IMG/VR virus record: IMGVR_UViG_3300034100_000034
Coordinates: 1-50,709 of that record
Reading direction: 5' to 3' (one strand)
DNA length: 50,709 nt
From: a virus
Taxonomy: Duplodnaviria; Caudoviricetes
Position 1 is the first letter of the stretch; every line of letters starts with the position of its first letter. Below are positions 18,542-28,534 of this stretch, in pieces. The translations under genes were made by a program, and so were the position numbers. A model generated the notes under the pieces. It saw only the letters and a list, made by a program, of their open reading frames with translations. It was not told where the DNA came from and ran no database searches.

Positions 18542-18949
18542 GTGGGCACGCTTTATAAGCTTGATTTTGAAGACGGTAAGTCGTACGTCGGAATCACGAC
18601 GAAAACGATCGCACACAGATTCAACGCGCACGCTTGCAACGCCAGAACTGGCCGCCGAGCGCGACTTTATGCTGCTTGGCGGAAGCACGGAGAGCCGCGC
18701 CTGACGGTGCTAGCTGTGCTCGAAGACCGCGAGTTGGCGTCCACCGAGATCCGGGCCATCGCGGCCTATGGAACGTTGGCGCCAAACGGCTACAACATGA
18801 CGCCAGAAATCGCAAAGCTGGTCATGCGAGGGTTGGTGTGTGGTCGGTACGAATACGAGGTGCGCGCAATGGCCAACTCGGCCACGCACAATACAGTTAC
18901 GAGGTCGCTGCGTCAGGGCCAGCGCAAGCAGCCGCCGCCGCCCGGTTAA
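18542..18949 (+). CDS. GIY-YIG homing endonuclease, apparently truncated or fused
   Basis: GTLY...YVG, RFNAH, E..AI, NGYNMT; no obvious DNA-binding tail. Confidence 0.75.
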   Translation: MGTLYKLDFEDGKSYVGITTKTIAHRFNAHACNARTGRRARLYAAWRKHGEPRLTVLAVLEDRELASTEIRAIAAYGTLAPNGYNMTPEIAKLVMRGLVCGRYEYEVRAMANSATHNTVTRSLRQGQRKQPPPPG

Positions 18950-18998
18950 AGGCGACCGCAGCGACCTCACCCTAACGCAACTTCGCAAAGGACCCAAA

Positions 18999-19838
18999 AT
19001 GAAATACGTCATCTTCGACCTCGACAACTGTCTCGCCCACGACGCCCACCGCATCCCGCTGATCGACTGGACGCAGACCAACCCCGACCTGCGCTACGCC
19101 GCGTATCACGCCGCATGCGGCGACGACGAGGTGGGCAACTACAGCGTCTACGCGGACAACATTCGCAAATTCACCCCCATATTCCTGACGGCGCGACCGG
19201 CTTCGGTGTTGGACGAGACACGCTGCTGGATGGAGAACAATCTTGGCGCCACCAGAGAAACTATCCTCCTCATGCGCCCCCTGGGCGACCGCCGGCACTC
19301 CGTGGACCTGAAGCGGGATCAACTCGCGTGGCTCGCGCGCTACGACATCTTCCTCAAGGACATCGTCTGCGCCTACGACGACCGGCTGGACGTGGTGGAG
19401 ATGTACCGCGCGGCCGGCATCACTGCTCACGCGCTGAAGCTGCACGACGTGTGCGCCTACACGCCGCCGGCCAATACCCGCGTCGCCACTCTGGAGGAAA
19501 TGGAGGCGCTGGACGCGCTTGTGCAAGGGCAGACCGCGCGGCGCCTGCGCGCCCCGGACCTGCTCGCGGCGGGGGCAGAGACCTTCCGCGCGCGCAACGC
19601 GGTGTATGGCGACAACTACCTGCAGTTCGGCGCGCTGATGCTGGCGCTGTTCCCCAAGGGCCTGCACATCACCACCGAAGCCGAATTCACCCGGCTGGGG
19701 CTGTTGGTGCAGTGCGCCGGCAAGCTGTCCCGCTACGCCAATAACCCGCAGGGCCATCAGGATTCGGCGCATGACCTGATGGTTTATGCTGCAATGCTGG
19801 AAGAAGTCACCTCAACCTCAACGAAAGACAAATCATGA
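18999..19838 (+). CDS. HAD (PNKP-type) phosphatase fused to an all-alpha NTP-pyrophosphohydrolase-like / nucleotide-modification-associated domain
   Basis: IFDLDNCL, FLTARP, LLMRP, AYDDR; C-terminal RNAVYGD...KLSRY...DSAHDLMVYAAML. Confidence 0.78.
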   Translation: MKYVIFDLDNCLAHDAHRIPLIDWTQTNPDLRYAAYHAACGDDEVGNYSVYADNIRKFTPIFLTARPASVLDETRCWMENNLGATRETILLMRPLGDRRHSVDLKRDQLAWLARYDIFLKDIVCAYDDRLDVVEMYRAAGITAHALKLHDVCAYTPPANTRVATLEEMEALDALVQGQTARRLRAPDLLAAGAETFRARNAVYGDNYLQFGALMLALFPKGLHITTEAEFTRLGLLVQCAGKLSRYANNPQGHQDSAHDLMVYAAMLEEVTSTSTKDKS

Positions 19839-20338
19839 ACATCGAACAAATTTTCCGTCTCGGCATGAAGCGTGAGCTGGGCGTGCTTGTTGATCCATTG
19901 CCAGGCTTGCCCGTGTTGAACTTGGGCGCAGGCAACTCGCACATCCCCGGCACAACCTCGTTGGACTTCCCGACGTGGGACGCATCTCGCATGCCAATTC
20001 CGCACGCCGACAGCAGCGTCGGCGGCATCTATGCATTTCACTTTCTGGAGCATTTGACAGGCGCACAAGCAATCGCTTTGCTGATGGAAGCCCAACGCGT
20101 CCTGGCGGTTGGAGCACCAATGACCATTGTTGTGCCGCACAGGTTGGGTGCAATCGCATTTCAGGACCTTGACCACAAGAGCTTCTGGACTGAGGAAAGC
20201 TGGAAGACTCTGTTTACGAATCCACACTACGACAAGAACCGCGAGCTGCCGTGGAAATTCGACATCAAATTCAACGCCATCATCGGCATCGTCGAGCGCA
20301 ACTTGGCGCTGATGACGCAGTTGGTGAGGACAGAGTGA
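19835..20338 (+). CDS. Class I SAM-dependent small-molecule methyltransferase
   Basis: VLNLGAG, HFLEHL, RVLAVGA..IVVP, DLDH. Confidence 0.8.
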   Translation: MNIEQIFRLGMKRELGVLVDPLPGLPVLNLGAGNSHIPGTTSLDFPTWDASRMPIPHADSSVGGIYAFHFLEHLTGAQAIALLMEAQRVLAVGAPMTIVVPHRLGAIAFQDLDHKSFWTEESWKTLFTNPHYDKNRELPWKFDIKFNAIIGIVERNLALMTQLVRTE

Positions 20339-20874
20339 TCCTGCTCTTCGACACCGAGACCACGGGGCTCACGCTGCACCCGGACGCCGAAGTGCGCAAG
20401 CAACCCCGTTGCATCGAGTTCGGAGGCGTGCTGATGAACCGGCACACGGGTGCCGTGGAGGAAGAGATCAGCATCCTGATCAACCCCGGCGTTCCGCTGG
20501 AGCCGGTCATCACCAAGATCACCGGACTCACGGACGCCGACCTGAAGGACGCGCCCAGCTTCGCGGAAGCGCTGCCGCAGCTGCGCCGGGTGTTCGGGGC
20601 GGCGCGATGCGTGATGGCGCACAACCTGCCTTTTGACAAGGCGATAATTCGCGGAGAGCTGGCGCGGCTGGACTGCCTGAACTTCCCGTGGCCTGCGCAG
20701 GGCATCTGCACCGTGGGGCTGTACAAAGACGCATGGGGCCGCAACCCCAAGCTCACGGAGCTGTACGAGCACGTGATGGGCGCGCCGCTGGCGCAAACGC
20801 ACCGCGCGCTGGACGATGTCCGGGCGATGGTGGAGATTGTTCAAAAAGAAGAGCTTTGGAGGTTGGCGTCATGA
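20335..20874 (+). CDS. dnaQ: DEDDh 3'-5' exonuclease (Pol III epsilon-like)
   Basis: FDTETTG, AHNLPFD, HRALDDV. Confidence 0.9.
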   Translation: MILLFDTETTGLTLHPDAEVRKQPRCIEFGGVLMNRHTGAVEEEISILINPGVPLEPVITKITGLTDADLKDAPSFAEALPQLRRVFGAARCVMAHNLPFDKAIIRGELARLDCLNFPWPAQGICTVGLYKDAWGRNPKLTELYEHVMGAPLAQTHRALDDVRAMVEIVQKEELWRLAS

Positions 20875-21068
20875 ACGTCAAGCTGCCCCTGCCCGCCATG
20901 CCGGACCCCTCCGGCCCCAACCCGCAGAAAGTGCGCTTCTTCACCGAGGTTGCGGCGGCGTATGAGGTATTGGCGCTGTTCTACGCGCTCACCCCCGAGG
21001 AGCAGGCCGAGTTCAACGCCATGGTGCGCGAGTTCGCTGCTGCCGTTGGCAACCGGAGGCCGAGATGA
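20871..21068 (+). CDS. Hypothetical protein
   Basis: ATGA overlaps at both ends; GGAGG RBS. Confidence 0.6.
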   Translation: MNVKLPLPAMPDPSGPNPQKVRFFTEVAAAYEVLALFYALTPEEQAEFNAMVREFAAAVGNRRPR

Positions 21069-23848
21069 CCGCCCTCCCGCAACTGCGCGTACGGACCGAA
21101 TACAGCTTCCGGCAGGGCTTCGGCCCCGTGCCGCTCGTCGTGGGCGCCCTGGCCCGTCTAGGCTGTGCCGCGGGCGGAATTACGGACGGCGGGACGTGGG
21201 GACACGCGGTTTGGGCCAAGGAGTGCAAAAAAGCGGGGATAAAACCCCTTTTTGGCCGGGAATTGGTGGTGCCGCGGCCGGGCGGGATGAAACCCGTGGC
21301 GTGGGCGCTGGCCGAGGACACGCGCGCCTTTTACCGCTTCAGCACCGCCGCGCAGGCGCCGGGCGCCGACCCCGAGGCGCTGTTCCGGGCGGGGGCGGGG
21401 CTGATTCGGTTTGCGGGCGCTGCGCTGACGGACCCGGACACCTTTGACTACATCGACCTCAACCCCGCCAGCCCACTGCAGCAGCAAAAAGCGTTGGCCC
21501 TCCACGCGCGCACCGGCAAGCCACTGGTCGTCACCAGCGACAACGCCTACCCGCGCGCCGAGGACTACGCCGCGTTCATGGCCATTGCCCGGTCGGAGCG
21601 CGCCACGCAGCAACACCTGTTGTCGGACGAGGAGTTGCGCGCTGCGCTCCCCTGCTTGTCGGACGCGCAATGGCGGCGCGCCGTCGCCAATGTGCACGAA
21701 GTGGCCGAGCGCGCAGCCGGAGCGCTGCAGCAGGCCCAGATCATCAACTTCCCCGGCGATCTGCGCGCGCTAACCGAGGCGGGCAAGCAGGAGCGCATTG
21801 CGCTGGGGCACATTGCGGAGTGGACCCCCGCGCATGAAGCGCGGATGCAGCGGGAGCTGGCCATGATTGCGCAGAAGGCGTACGAGAGCTACTTCCTGGT
21901 GGTGGCGGACCTGATTCGGTGGGCCAAGACCCGGATGTTGGTGGGGCCGGGCCGGGGTTCGTCGGCGGGGTCGCTGGTGTGCTACTGCTTGCGCATCACG
22001 GAGATCGACCCGCTGAAGCATGACTTGCTGTTCGAGCGCTTCATCGACGTCACCCGCAACGACCTGCCCGACATCGACATCGACTTCTCGGACGTCCGCC
22101 GCGAGCAGGTGTTCACCTACTTGGCCGACAAATACGGCCGCAACAACGTCGCCCGCATCGGCAGCATCAACACGCTGCGCGCCCGGTCGGTGTTGGCGCG
22201 GGTGACGGAGCGGTTGGCCATTCCTGAGCGGGAAAAATTTGACGTGCTGAATGTGCTTATTGACTACTCCTCGGGCGACAGTCGGTACGGCCATGCGCTG
22301 GAGGACACAATGACGCAGACAGAGCCGGGCAAGCGCTTCCTGGCGGCGCACCCGGAAGCAGCCGTCATGTTCCAGCTGGAAAATCACGCATCCCACACCG
22401 GGGTGCACGCGGCGGGGGTGATTGTGTGCAACGAGCCCATCAGCGACTTCTGCACCGTGGGCGCCGACGGCGTGGCGCAAATCGACAAGCCCTACGTGGA
22501 GGCTGTGGCGCTGCTGAAGATTGACGCGCTGGGGCTGCGGACGCTGGGGGTGATTGAGGACGCAGGGGTGGTCACGGCGGACGAGCTGTACGCGCTGAAG
22601 CTAGACGACCCCAAGGTCTTCGCCCTGCTCAACGCCGGGCGCTACGCCGGTGTGTTCCAGTTCGAGGGGCAGGCCATGCAGCGCGTGGCTGCGGAGGTGG
22701 ACATAAAGTCGTTCCGCGAAATTGACCACATCACCGCCCTGGCCCGGCCTGGGCCGCTGGGGGGCGGCGCCAGCCAGCACTACATCGCCCGCGCCGCCGG
22801 GCGCGAGCCCGTCACGTACCGGCATCCGTCGATGGCGGCGTACCTGAGCGCGACGATGGGGGTGGTGTTGTACCAAGAGCAGGTCATGCGCATCTCCTTC
22901 GAGATTGGACGCTTCAGCTGGGAGGTGGTCAGCGAAATCCGCAAAGCGATGAGCGGGCGCAAGGGCAAAGAGTACTTCGACCGGCGCGGCGAAGAGTTCA
23001 TCACGGGCGCAGCAAGCATTGGGGTTCAGAAAAAGGATGCCGAGGAAATTTGGCACGAGATTTGCACCTTTGGCGCCTGGGGTATGAATGCAAGTCACAC
23101 AGTTTCCTATGGCGTCATCAGCTACTGGTGCGCATGGATGAAAGTGTACCACGGGCTGGCCTATGCGGCTGCGTGTCTGCGCAACGCCAAGGACGACGAA
23201 CAGGCCACAGAGTTGCTCCGGGACATGCGCGCGGAGGGCGTGGAGTACTGTGCGTTTGACCCGGCGCGCAGCGTGGTGGACTGGGCCGTGGTGGACGGGG
23301 CGCTGGTTGGCGGGTTCAAGAACCTGGTGGGCTACGGCCCTTCCAAATCCCTCAAGGCCATCACCCAGCGCGCAGCGGGCAAGTTGGACCTGGAGAAGTT
23401 GCGCGGGGTGGAGGTGCGCTTTGCGGAGCTGTATCCGCTCAGCACGTCGTACGCTGACCTTTACGCCAACCCCGAAGCCTACGGGTGCCGCGTCGGCAGC
23501 GCGGTGCGGCGGCTGGACGCGCTGCCGGAGGACGGTGGGGAGGTGCTGACGATAGCGAAGGTGGTGCGCAAAGAGTTGCGCGACGAAAACGAAACGGTGC
23601 GCGTCGCGCGGCGCGACGGCCGGCGGCTGGACGGGCAGACGTTGTTCCTGGATGTGTTCGTTTCAGACGACACCGGCACCCCCATCACGTTGCGCTTCGA
23701 CCGTTTTCAGTTCGAGCGCACGGGCCGGGCGGCGGCGGAGTTGCTGCAGCCGGGGGATGCGGTGTTGGTGCGGGGGAAGAAAATTCCGAACTTCGCCATG
23801 ATCAAGGTGGCCAAGATTCGGGTGCTCAACCGGGAGGTCGCTTTGTGA
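21065..23848 (+). CDS. dnaE: DNA polymerase III alpha subunit (family C)
   Basis: GPGRGSSAGSLV, LLFERF, PDIDID, HAAGV, LKIDALGL, GVFQFE, YQEQVM, NASH. Confidence 0.97.
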   Translation: MTALPQLRVRTEYSFRQGFGPVPLVVGALARLGCAAGGITDGGTWGHAVWAKECKKAGIKPLFGRELVVPRPGGMKPVAWALAEDTRAFYRFSTAAQAPGADPEALFRAGAGLIRFAGAALTDPDTFDYIDLNPASPLQQQKALALHARTGKPLVVTSDNAYPRAEDYAAFMAIARSERATQQHLLSDEELRAALPCLSDAQWRRAVANVHEVAERAAGALQQAQIINFPGDLRALTEAGKQERIALGHIAEWTPAHEARMQRELAMIAQKAYESYFLVVADLIRWAKTRMLVGPGRGSSAGSLVCYCLRITEIDPLKHDLLFERFIDVTRNDLPDIDIDFSDVRREQVFTYLADKYGRNNVARIGSINTLRARSVLARVTERLAIPEREKFDVLNVLIDYSSGDSRYGHALEDTMTQTEPGKRFLAAHPEAAVMFQLENHASHTGVHAAGVIVCNEPISDFCTVGADGVAQIDKPYVEAVALLKIDALGLRTLGVIEDAGVVTADELYALKLDDPKVFALLNAGRYAGVFQFEGQAMQRVAAEVDIKSFREIDHITALARPGPLGGGASQHYIARAAGREPVTYRHPSMAAYLSATMGVVLYQEQVMRISFEIGRFSWEVVSEIRKAMSGRKGKEYFDRRGEEFITGAASIGVQKKDAEEIWHEICTFGAWGMNASHTVSYGVISYWCAWMKVYHGLAYAAACLRNAKDDEQATELLRDMRAEGVEYCAFDPARSVVDWAVVDGALVGGFKNLVGYGPSKSLKAITQRAAGKLDLEKLRGVEVRFAELYPLSTSYADLYANPEAYGCRVGSAVRRLDALPEDGGEVLTIAKVVRKELRDENETVRVARRDGRRLDGQTLFLDVFVSDDTGTPITLRFDRFQFERTGRAAAELLQPGDAVLVRGKKIPNFAMIKVAKIRVLNREVAL

Positions 23849-24585
23849 AACTTATGCACGGCGATTGCCTTGATGTGATGCGCGAGATGGACGATGGCTG
23901 CATCGACCTGACCGTTACTAGCCCTCCGTACGACAATTTGCGCACGTACAATGGCTTCACCTTCGATTTTGAACCGATTGCGCGTGAACTGTACCGCGTC
24001 ACCAAACCAGGCGGCGTCGTGGTCTGGGTGGTGGGCGACGCCACCATCAAAGGCAGCGAAACCGGCACCAGTTTCAGGCAAGCGCTTTACTTCAAGGAGT
24101 GCGGATTCAATTTGCACGATACGATGATTTATCAGCGCAAAACGAAGCCGATGACGCACAACAGGTACGAGAGCGAATTTGAGTTCATGTTTGTTTTTTC
24201 AAAAAGAAAACCAAAAACTTGGAATGCTCAACTTAGAGACGCAATGCAACCAGGAATACTCAGGCCATATGTAGGGAACAGAAAAGGAGATGTCTTGGAC
24301 AAGCGCGGAACCAATAAGCCGACAGCGAGCAAAATTTTGAGAGGAAATGTATGGAAATATCCTGTTGGCGGGCACGTCATAAACCATCCAGCTGTCTTTC
24401 CAGAAGCCCTTGCGCGCGATCACATTTTGAGCTGGTCGAACGAAGGCGACACTGTGCTGGACCCATTCTTGGGCAGCGGCACAACAGGCAAGATGGCTGT
24501 GATGCTGAAGCGCGATTTCATCGGTATCGAGATTAGCGCCGAATATCTTGAAATCGCAAAAGCGCGCATCGAGGAGGCCGCATGA
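23845..24585 (+). CDS. DNA N4-cytosine/N6-adenine methyltransferase (beta class)
   Basis: TSPPY before HPAVFP and VLDPFLGSGTT; AT-richer central segment. Confidence 0.92.
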   Translation: MKLMHGDCLDVMREMDDGCIDLTVTSPPYDNLRTYNGFTFDFEPIARELYRVTKPGGVVVWVVGDATIKGSETGTSFRQALYFKECGFNLHDTMIYQRKTKPMTHNRYESEFEFMFVFSKRKPKTWNAQLRDAMQPGILRPYVGNRKGDVLDKRGTNKPTASKILRGNVWKYPVGGHVINHPAVFPEALARDHILSWSNEGDTVLDPFLGSGTTGKMAVMLKRDFIGIEISAEYLEIAKARIEEAA

Positions 24586-25001
24586 GGACCACAGAACAGC
24601 GCCTTTGGGATCGCATGCGCAGCAACATCGACGCGCGTGCAGTGCGCTTGCAGCGCGTTGAGAACATCGCCAGCGTGGGCGACCCCGACGGCCATGCGCT
24701 GTGCGCGGGGCGCGTGACGATGTGGGAGTTGAAGGCTGTGCGCGCCGCGCCGGTGCGTCCGGAGACGCCGGTGCTGGGGGCGGCGAGCGGGCTTAGCGTG
24801 GAGCAGCGCAATTGGCACTTGAGCTGGTGCCGGCACGGTGGGCGCTCGGTGATCATTGTGGGCGTTGGGTCCAACCGCCTGTTCGTCGTACCGGGGCGGC
24901 TGGCCGATGAGCTCAACAGCATGTCGCTGGCGGAGCTGGGGCGCGCGTCTTTGGCGGGGAGCTGGAAAGAGGTTGCCGCATATTTTGGAGCTGTCGAATG
25001 A
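24582..25001 (+). CDS. VRR-NUC / Holliday-junction-resolvase-like PD-(D/E)XK nuclease
   Basis: RVEN...GDPD...WELK...Q..W. Confidence 0.75.
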   Translation: MRTTEQRLWDRMRSNIDARAVRLQRVENIASVGDPDGHALCAGRVTMWELKAVRAAPVRPETPVLGAASGLSVEQRNWHLSWCRHGGRSVIIVGVGSNRLFVVPGRLADELNSMSLAELGRASLAGSWKEVAAYFGAVE

Positions 25002-26494
25002 AAACGCAAGGCATGAAACACCAGCTTGAAGCGCTGCGCGAGATGAGCGGGCGGGAGGCGTTCGCACTGTTCATGGAGCAGGGCACGGGGAAGACGTGGT
25101 GCGTGCTGGCGGACGCAGAGCGGTTGTACGCTGCAGGGCGGATCGACGGGCTGTTGGTGGTTGCGCCCAAGGGCGTGCACACCAACTGGGTGCGTCGCGA
25201 AATTCCCGCTCACATGGAAGGCAACATCATCGCGCGCGCTTGGCGCTCGGGCGGGGGGAAGCGCGAAATGGCGCACGTGGAACAGGTGATGCGCGCGCGC
25301 GATGAGGGCGACGCGGTGCCGCTGAGGATTTTGGCGATGAACATCGACGCGCTGTGCACCAATGCGGGCTTCGACTACGCGCGCCGGTTTCTGTTGGCGA
25401 CGCGCGCGATGTTGGCGCTGGACGAGAGCAGCCGCATCAAGAATCCTGCCGCGCTGCGCACGCAACGGCTCATGCGGCTGCGCAAGGCGGCGGCGTACGT
25501 GCGCATCGCCACCGGCACCCCCATCACCAACGCGCCCGTGGACGTGTTTGCGCAGTTTGAATTTATGGAGAGCGGGCTGTTGGGCACCACCAGCTACCGC
25601 GCCTTTGTGGCAGAGTACGCCGAGCTGCTCCCGGCGACGCACCCGCTGATGGCCGCGCTGGCCAAGCGCAACCCCAAGGCAGCGTTCGCGCAGATGGTGG
25701 CCAAGAACACGGACGGCTCCCCCCGCTGGCGCAACCTGGACAAGCTGCAGCGGTTGCTGGCGCCGCATTCGTTCCGGGTGCTGAAGCGGGACTGTCTGGA
25801 CCTGCCCGAGAAAATCTATCAACAAACCTACTTCGACCTCTCCCCGGCGCAGCGCGCGGCGTACCGGCTGATGGACAAGGAGTGTCGCGTGATCCTGGAA
25901 GACGGAGAGATCGGCGTCGTGGCCAAGTTGTCCGCCATCATGAAGCTGCAACAAATCACCAGCGGCTTCATGATGAAGCCGGAGCGCGGAGGGCTGATGT
26001 ATGTGTCGGAGGAAAATCCCCGGCTGGACGCGCTGCTGGAGTTGGCAGCCGACATCCCGTGCAAGTTCATCGTCTGGGCCCGGTTCCGCGAAGAGCTGCG
26101 CGCCGTGGCGGAGGCGCTACAAAAAGCCGGACGCCGCGTGGTGCAGTACCACGGCGACGTGAGCGCTAAGGACCGCGAAGCTGCTGTGGACGACTTCCAG
26201 AATGGCGACGCCGACGTGTTTGTGGGCCAGCCGCAGAGCGGCGGCATTGGGCTGACGCTGACGACGGCGGAAACCGTGGTCTATTACTCCAACGACTACA
26301 ACTCCGAGACCCGCAAACAAAGCGAAGACCGCTGCCACCGCATCGGCACGCGCAACCCGGTCACCTACATCGACATCACAGCCTCCGACACCATCGACGA
26401 GGCCATTGTCCGCGCCCTGCAGCGCAAAGCCGACCTGGCCGCACTCATCCTGGGCGACGAAATGCTCCGGGCGCCGGATGGGGGCGATAATTGA
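24998..26494 (+). CDS. SNF2-family helicase
   Basis: EQGTGKT, DESSRIKN, TGTP, QSEDRCHRIG. Confidence 0.93.
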   Translation: MKTQGMKHQLEALREMSGREAFALFMEQGTGKTWCVLADAERLYAAGRIDGLLVVAPKGVHTNWVRREIPAHMEGNIIARAWRSGGGKREMAHVEQVMRARDEGDAVPLRILAMNIDALCTNAGFDYARRFLLATRAMLALDESSRIKNPAALRTQRLMRLRKAAAYVRIATGTPITNAPVDVFAQFEFMESGLLGTTSYRAFVAEYAELLPATHPLMAALAKRNPKAAFAQMVAKNTDGSPRWRNLDKLQRLLAPHSFRVLKRDCLDLPEKIYQQTYFDLSPAQRAAYRLMDKECRVILEDGEIGVVAKLSAIMKLQQITSGFMMKPERGGLMYVSEENPRLDALLELAADIPCKFIVWARFREELRAVAEALQKAGRRVVQYHGDVSAKDREAAVDDFQNGDADVFVGQPQSGGIGLTLTTAETVVYYSNDYNSETRKQSEDRCHRIGTRNPVTYIDITASDTIDEAIVRALQRKADLAALILGDEMLRAPDGGDN

Positions 26495-26521
26495 GCCCAG
26501 AACTAAAGAACGGATACTGAA

Positions 26522-26857
26522 ATGTCGCGAGTTTTCGCACCCCAATTGCCCAGTCGCTTTGACGCCACCACACGGCTGTGGATACCGACCATGAACATGC
26601 ACGCCGCCGAGCGGTTCGGCGAGCTCATTGTGCTGCTCCCCCCAAACGCCAACCGCCTGCACACCGCCCCGCTGCTGGAGGCGCTCAAGGAGCGTATGGC
26701 CGACTTCACCGCCGAGGACTGGCTGGTGGCTATCGGTGACCCCTCCCTGATTGCCGCCGCCGCGTGCCTTGCAGCGCGCAAAACCGGCGGGCTGCTGCGG
26801 CTGCTGAAGTGGGATCGCATGACCTCAGACTACTTGCCAACGGAGATGAAATTATGA
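26522..26857 (+). CDS. Hypothetical protein
   Basis: 111 aa, DWLVAIGDP, LLKWDR; operonic. Confidence 0.7.
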   Translation: MSRVFAPQLPSRFDATTRLWIPTMNMHAAERFGELIVLLPPNANRLHTAPLLEALKERMADFTAEDWLVAIGDPSLIAAAACLAARKTGGLLRLLKWDRMTSDYLPTEMKL

Positions 26858-27372
26858 GCGACGCACTTGTCCGAATCACCACCATGGCCGCACTGCTGGT
26901 CGGCGCCATCGAGCGCGTCGCCAAGGCCGACGCAGAGCTGAAGGCGGCCAAGGAGACGCAAAGGCGCTTGGAGCAGGATGACTTGCCGGAGCTGATGCGG
27001 GAGTTGACGCTGACCGAGATCAAGCTCGCCGACGGCTCCGCCGTCACGGTGGTGAACGAGGTGGACTGCTCCATCACCGAGGAGCGCCGCCCGGCGGCGC
27101 ACGCGTGGCTGGAGGAGCACGGGTTCGGGGGGCTGATCAAGACCGCCGTGACCGTGGACTTTGCGCGCGACGAGCGCGAAGCAGCTGCGCAGTGCGCGGT
27201 GCAGATCGAGGAGACGCTGGGGCGCCCGGCGCAGGTGGGCGAGCGGGTTCACCCAGCCACCCTCAAAGCCTTCGTGAAAGAGCAGCTCGCGGCGGGTGCA
27301 GGCGTGCCGTTCGACCTGTTCGGGGTGCGACCCTACGCTAAGGCCAAAATAACAGCTCCAAGGGCCAAATAA
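26854..27372 (+). CDS. Conserved phage replication-region protein
   Basis: LPELM..., AWLEEHGFGGLIK, VHPATLKAFVKE. Confidence 0.75.
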   Translation: MSDALVRITTMAALLVGAIERVAKADAELKAAKETQRRLEQDDLPELMRELTLTEIKLADGSAVTVVNEVDCSITEERRPAAHAWLEEHGFGGLIKTAVTVDFARDEREAAAQCAVQIEETLGRPAQVGERVHPATLKAFVKEQLAAGAGVPFDLFGVRPYAKAKITAPRAK

Positions 27373-27427
27373 ACGGGTCGCCGCCCGCCGCCTATATCAA
27401 GTGCGGGCAAATCGGAGAAAAACCATC

Positions 27428-28273
27428 ATGGCTACAGCCAACAAACCAACTGAGAAAGTGAATCTCCCCGCAGAAGTGCCGCGCGCCGCGCTGGCGACGC
27501 TGGCCGAGGACGCCTTTGCGGCCGATGCGGGCGCAGGCATGGAGGGCGCCACCAGCGAGTCCTTCGCCATCCCGTTCCTGGGCGTGCTGCAGAAAGGGTC
27601 GCCGCAGGTGGACGAGGCCGACGGCGCATTCGTCGAGGGGGCCAAAGCCGGGCTGTTCTTCGAGAACGTCACGGGCCGGCTCTACGACGGCAAGACCGGA
27701 GTGCTGCTGGTGCCTTGCGCTTACCGGCGCACCTTTTTGCGCTGGGGCGCGCGCGGCGAGCCCGGCGCAGGGTTCAAGGGCGAGATTGCGCCCGAGGAAG
27801 TGGCGCAGATGCGCGCAGAAGGGAAGATCGTGGACCTGGACGGCAGGCTGTTTGTGCCGCTGCCGGACGGCACGGTGAATGACAAAAAGTGCGATAGCGT
27901 CCGCGACACCCGCAACCACTACGTGCTGCTCATCGACGAGCAGACCGGTGCCTGGACCCAGGCGTTGGTCTCGTTGGTTTCGACGCAGATCAAGAAGTCC
28001 AAGATGCTGATGAGCGCGCTGGCCTCCGTGAAGTTGGTGGGCGCGGCCGGGACCTACACCCCGCCCACGTTCGCCAACCTGGTGCGCTGCCACTCCGTGC
28101 CCGAGTCCAATGACAAGGGCACTTGGCACGGGGTGAAGTTCGAGCTGGCCGGCCGAGTGGACCGGACCGAAGTGTACGCGGCCGCAAAGGCTTTCCACGC
28201 CTCCGTGGCCAAGGGCGTCGTCGAGGCCAAGTACGAAGACGCGCCGAGCGCACCCGCAGACGACCGGTTCTGA
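27428..28273 (+). CDS. Probable single-stranded DNA-binding protein
   Basis: AIPFLGVLQKGSPQV, STQIKKSK, NDKGTW, acidic C-terminus ending in F. Confidence 0.65.
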   Translation: MATANKPTEKVNLPAEVPRAALATLAEDAFAADAGAGMEGATSESFAIPFLGVLQKGSPQVDEADGAFVEGAKAGLFFENVTGRLYDGKTGVLLVPCAYRRTFLRWGARGEPGAGFKGEIAPEEVAQMRAEGKIVDLDGRLFVPLPDGTVNDKKCDSVRDTRNHYVLLIDEQTGAWTQALVSLVSTQIKKSKMLMSALASVKLVGAAGTYTPPTFANLVRCHSVPESNDKGTWHGVKFELAGRVDRTEVYAAAKAFHASVAKGVVEAKYEDAPSAPADDRF

Positions 28274-28281
28274 CCGAGAAC

Positions 28282-28315
28282 AAGGGCTGCGCAAAGCTGC
28301 TGCGCAGCCCTTTAT
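28282..28315 (+). terminator. Probable intrinsic terminator
   Basis: AAGGGCTGCGCA...TGCGCAGCCCTT stem then T/A-rich tail. Confidence 0.6.
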
Positions 28316-28345
28316 AGCGAAGATACTTTAGAAAGGACACCAAAA

Positions 28346-28534
28346 ATGAACCAATCACCCGCCAATCCCAAGGCGATGTTGCTCTCGGACAGCGTCTGCC
28401 TTGAAGCAGCGCCGGCCCGGCCGCGACAAGACAACGCCTTCCTGCGCCCCGTCTACGTCCCGGTCCGCAACGCCCCCGCCCGCCCCGGCGCGGAGGACGC
28501 GCTGCGCATCCCAAGTCGAGGGGTGGCCGCATGA
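28346..28534 (+). CDS. Hypothetical protein
   Basis: AAAGGA RBS; RPGAEDALRIPSRG. Confidence 0.6.
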   Translation: MNQSPANPKAMLLSDSVCLEAAPARPRQDNAFLRPVYVPVRNAPARPGAEDALRIPSRGVAA

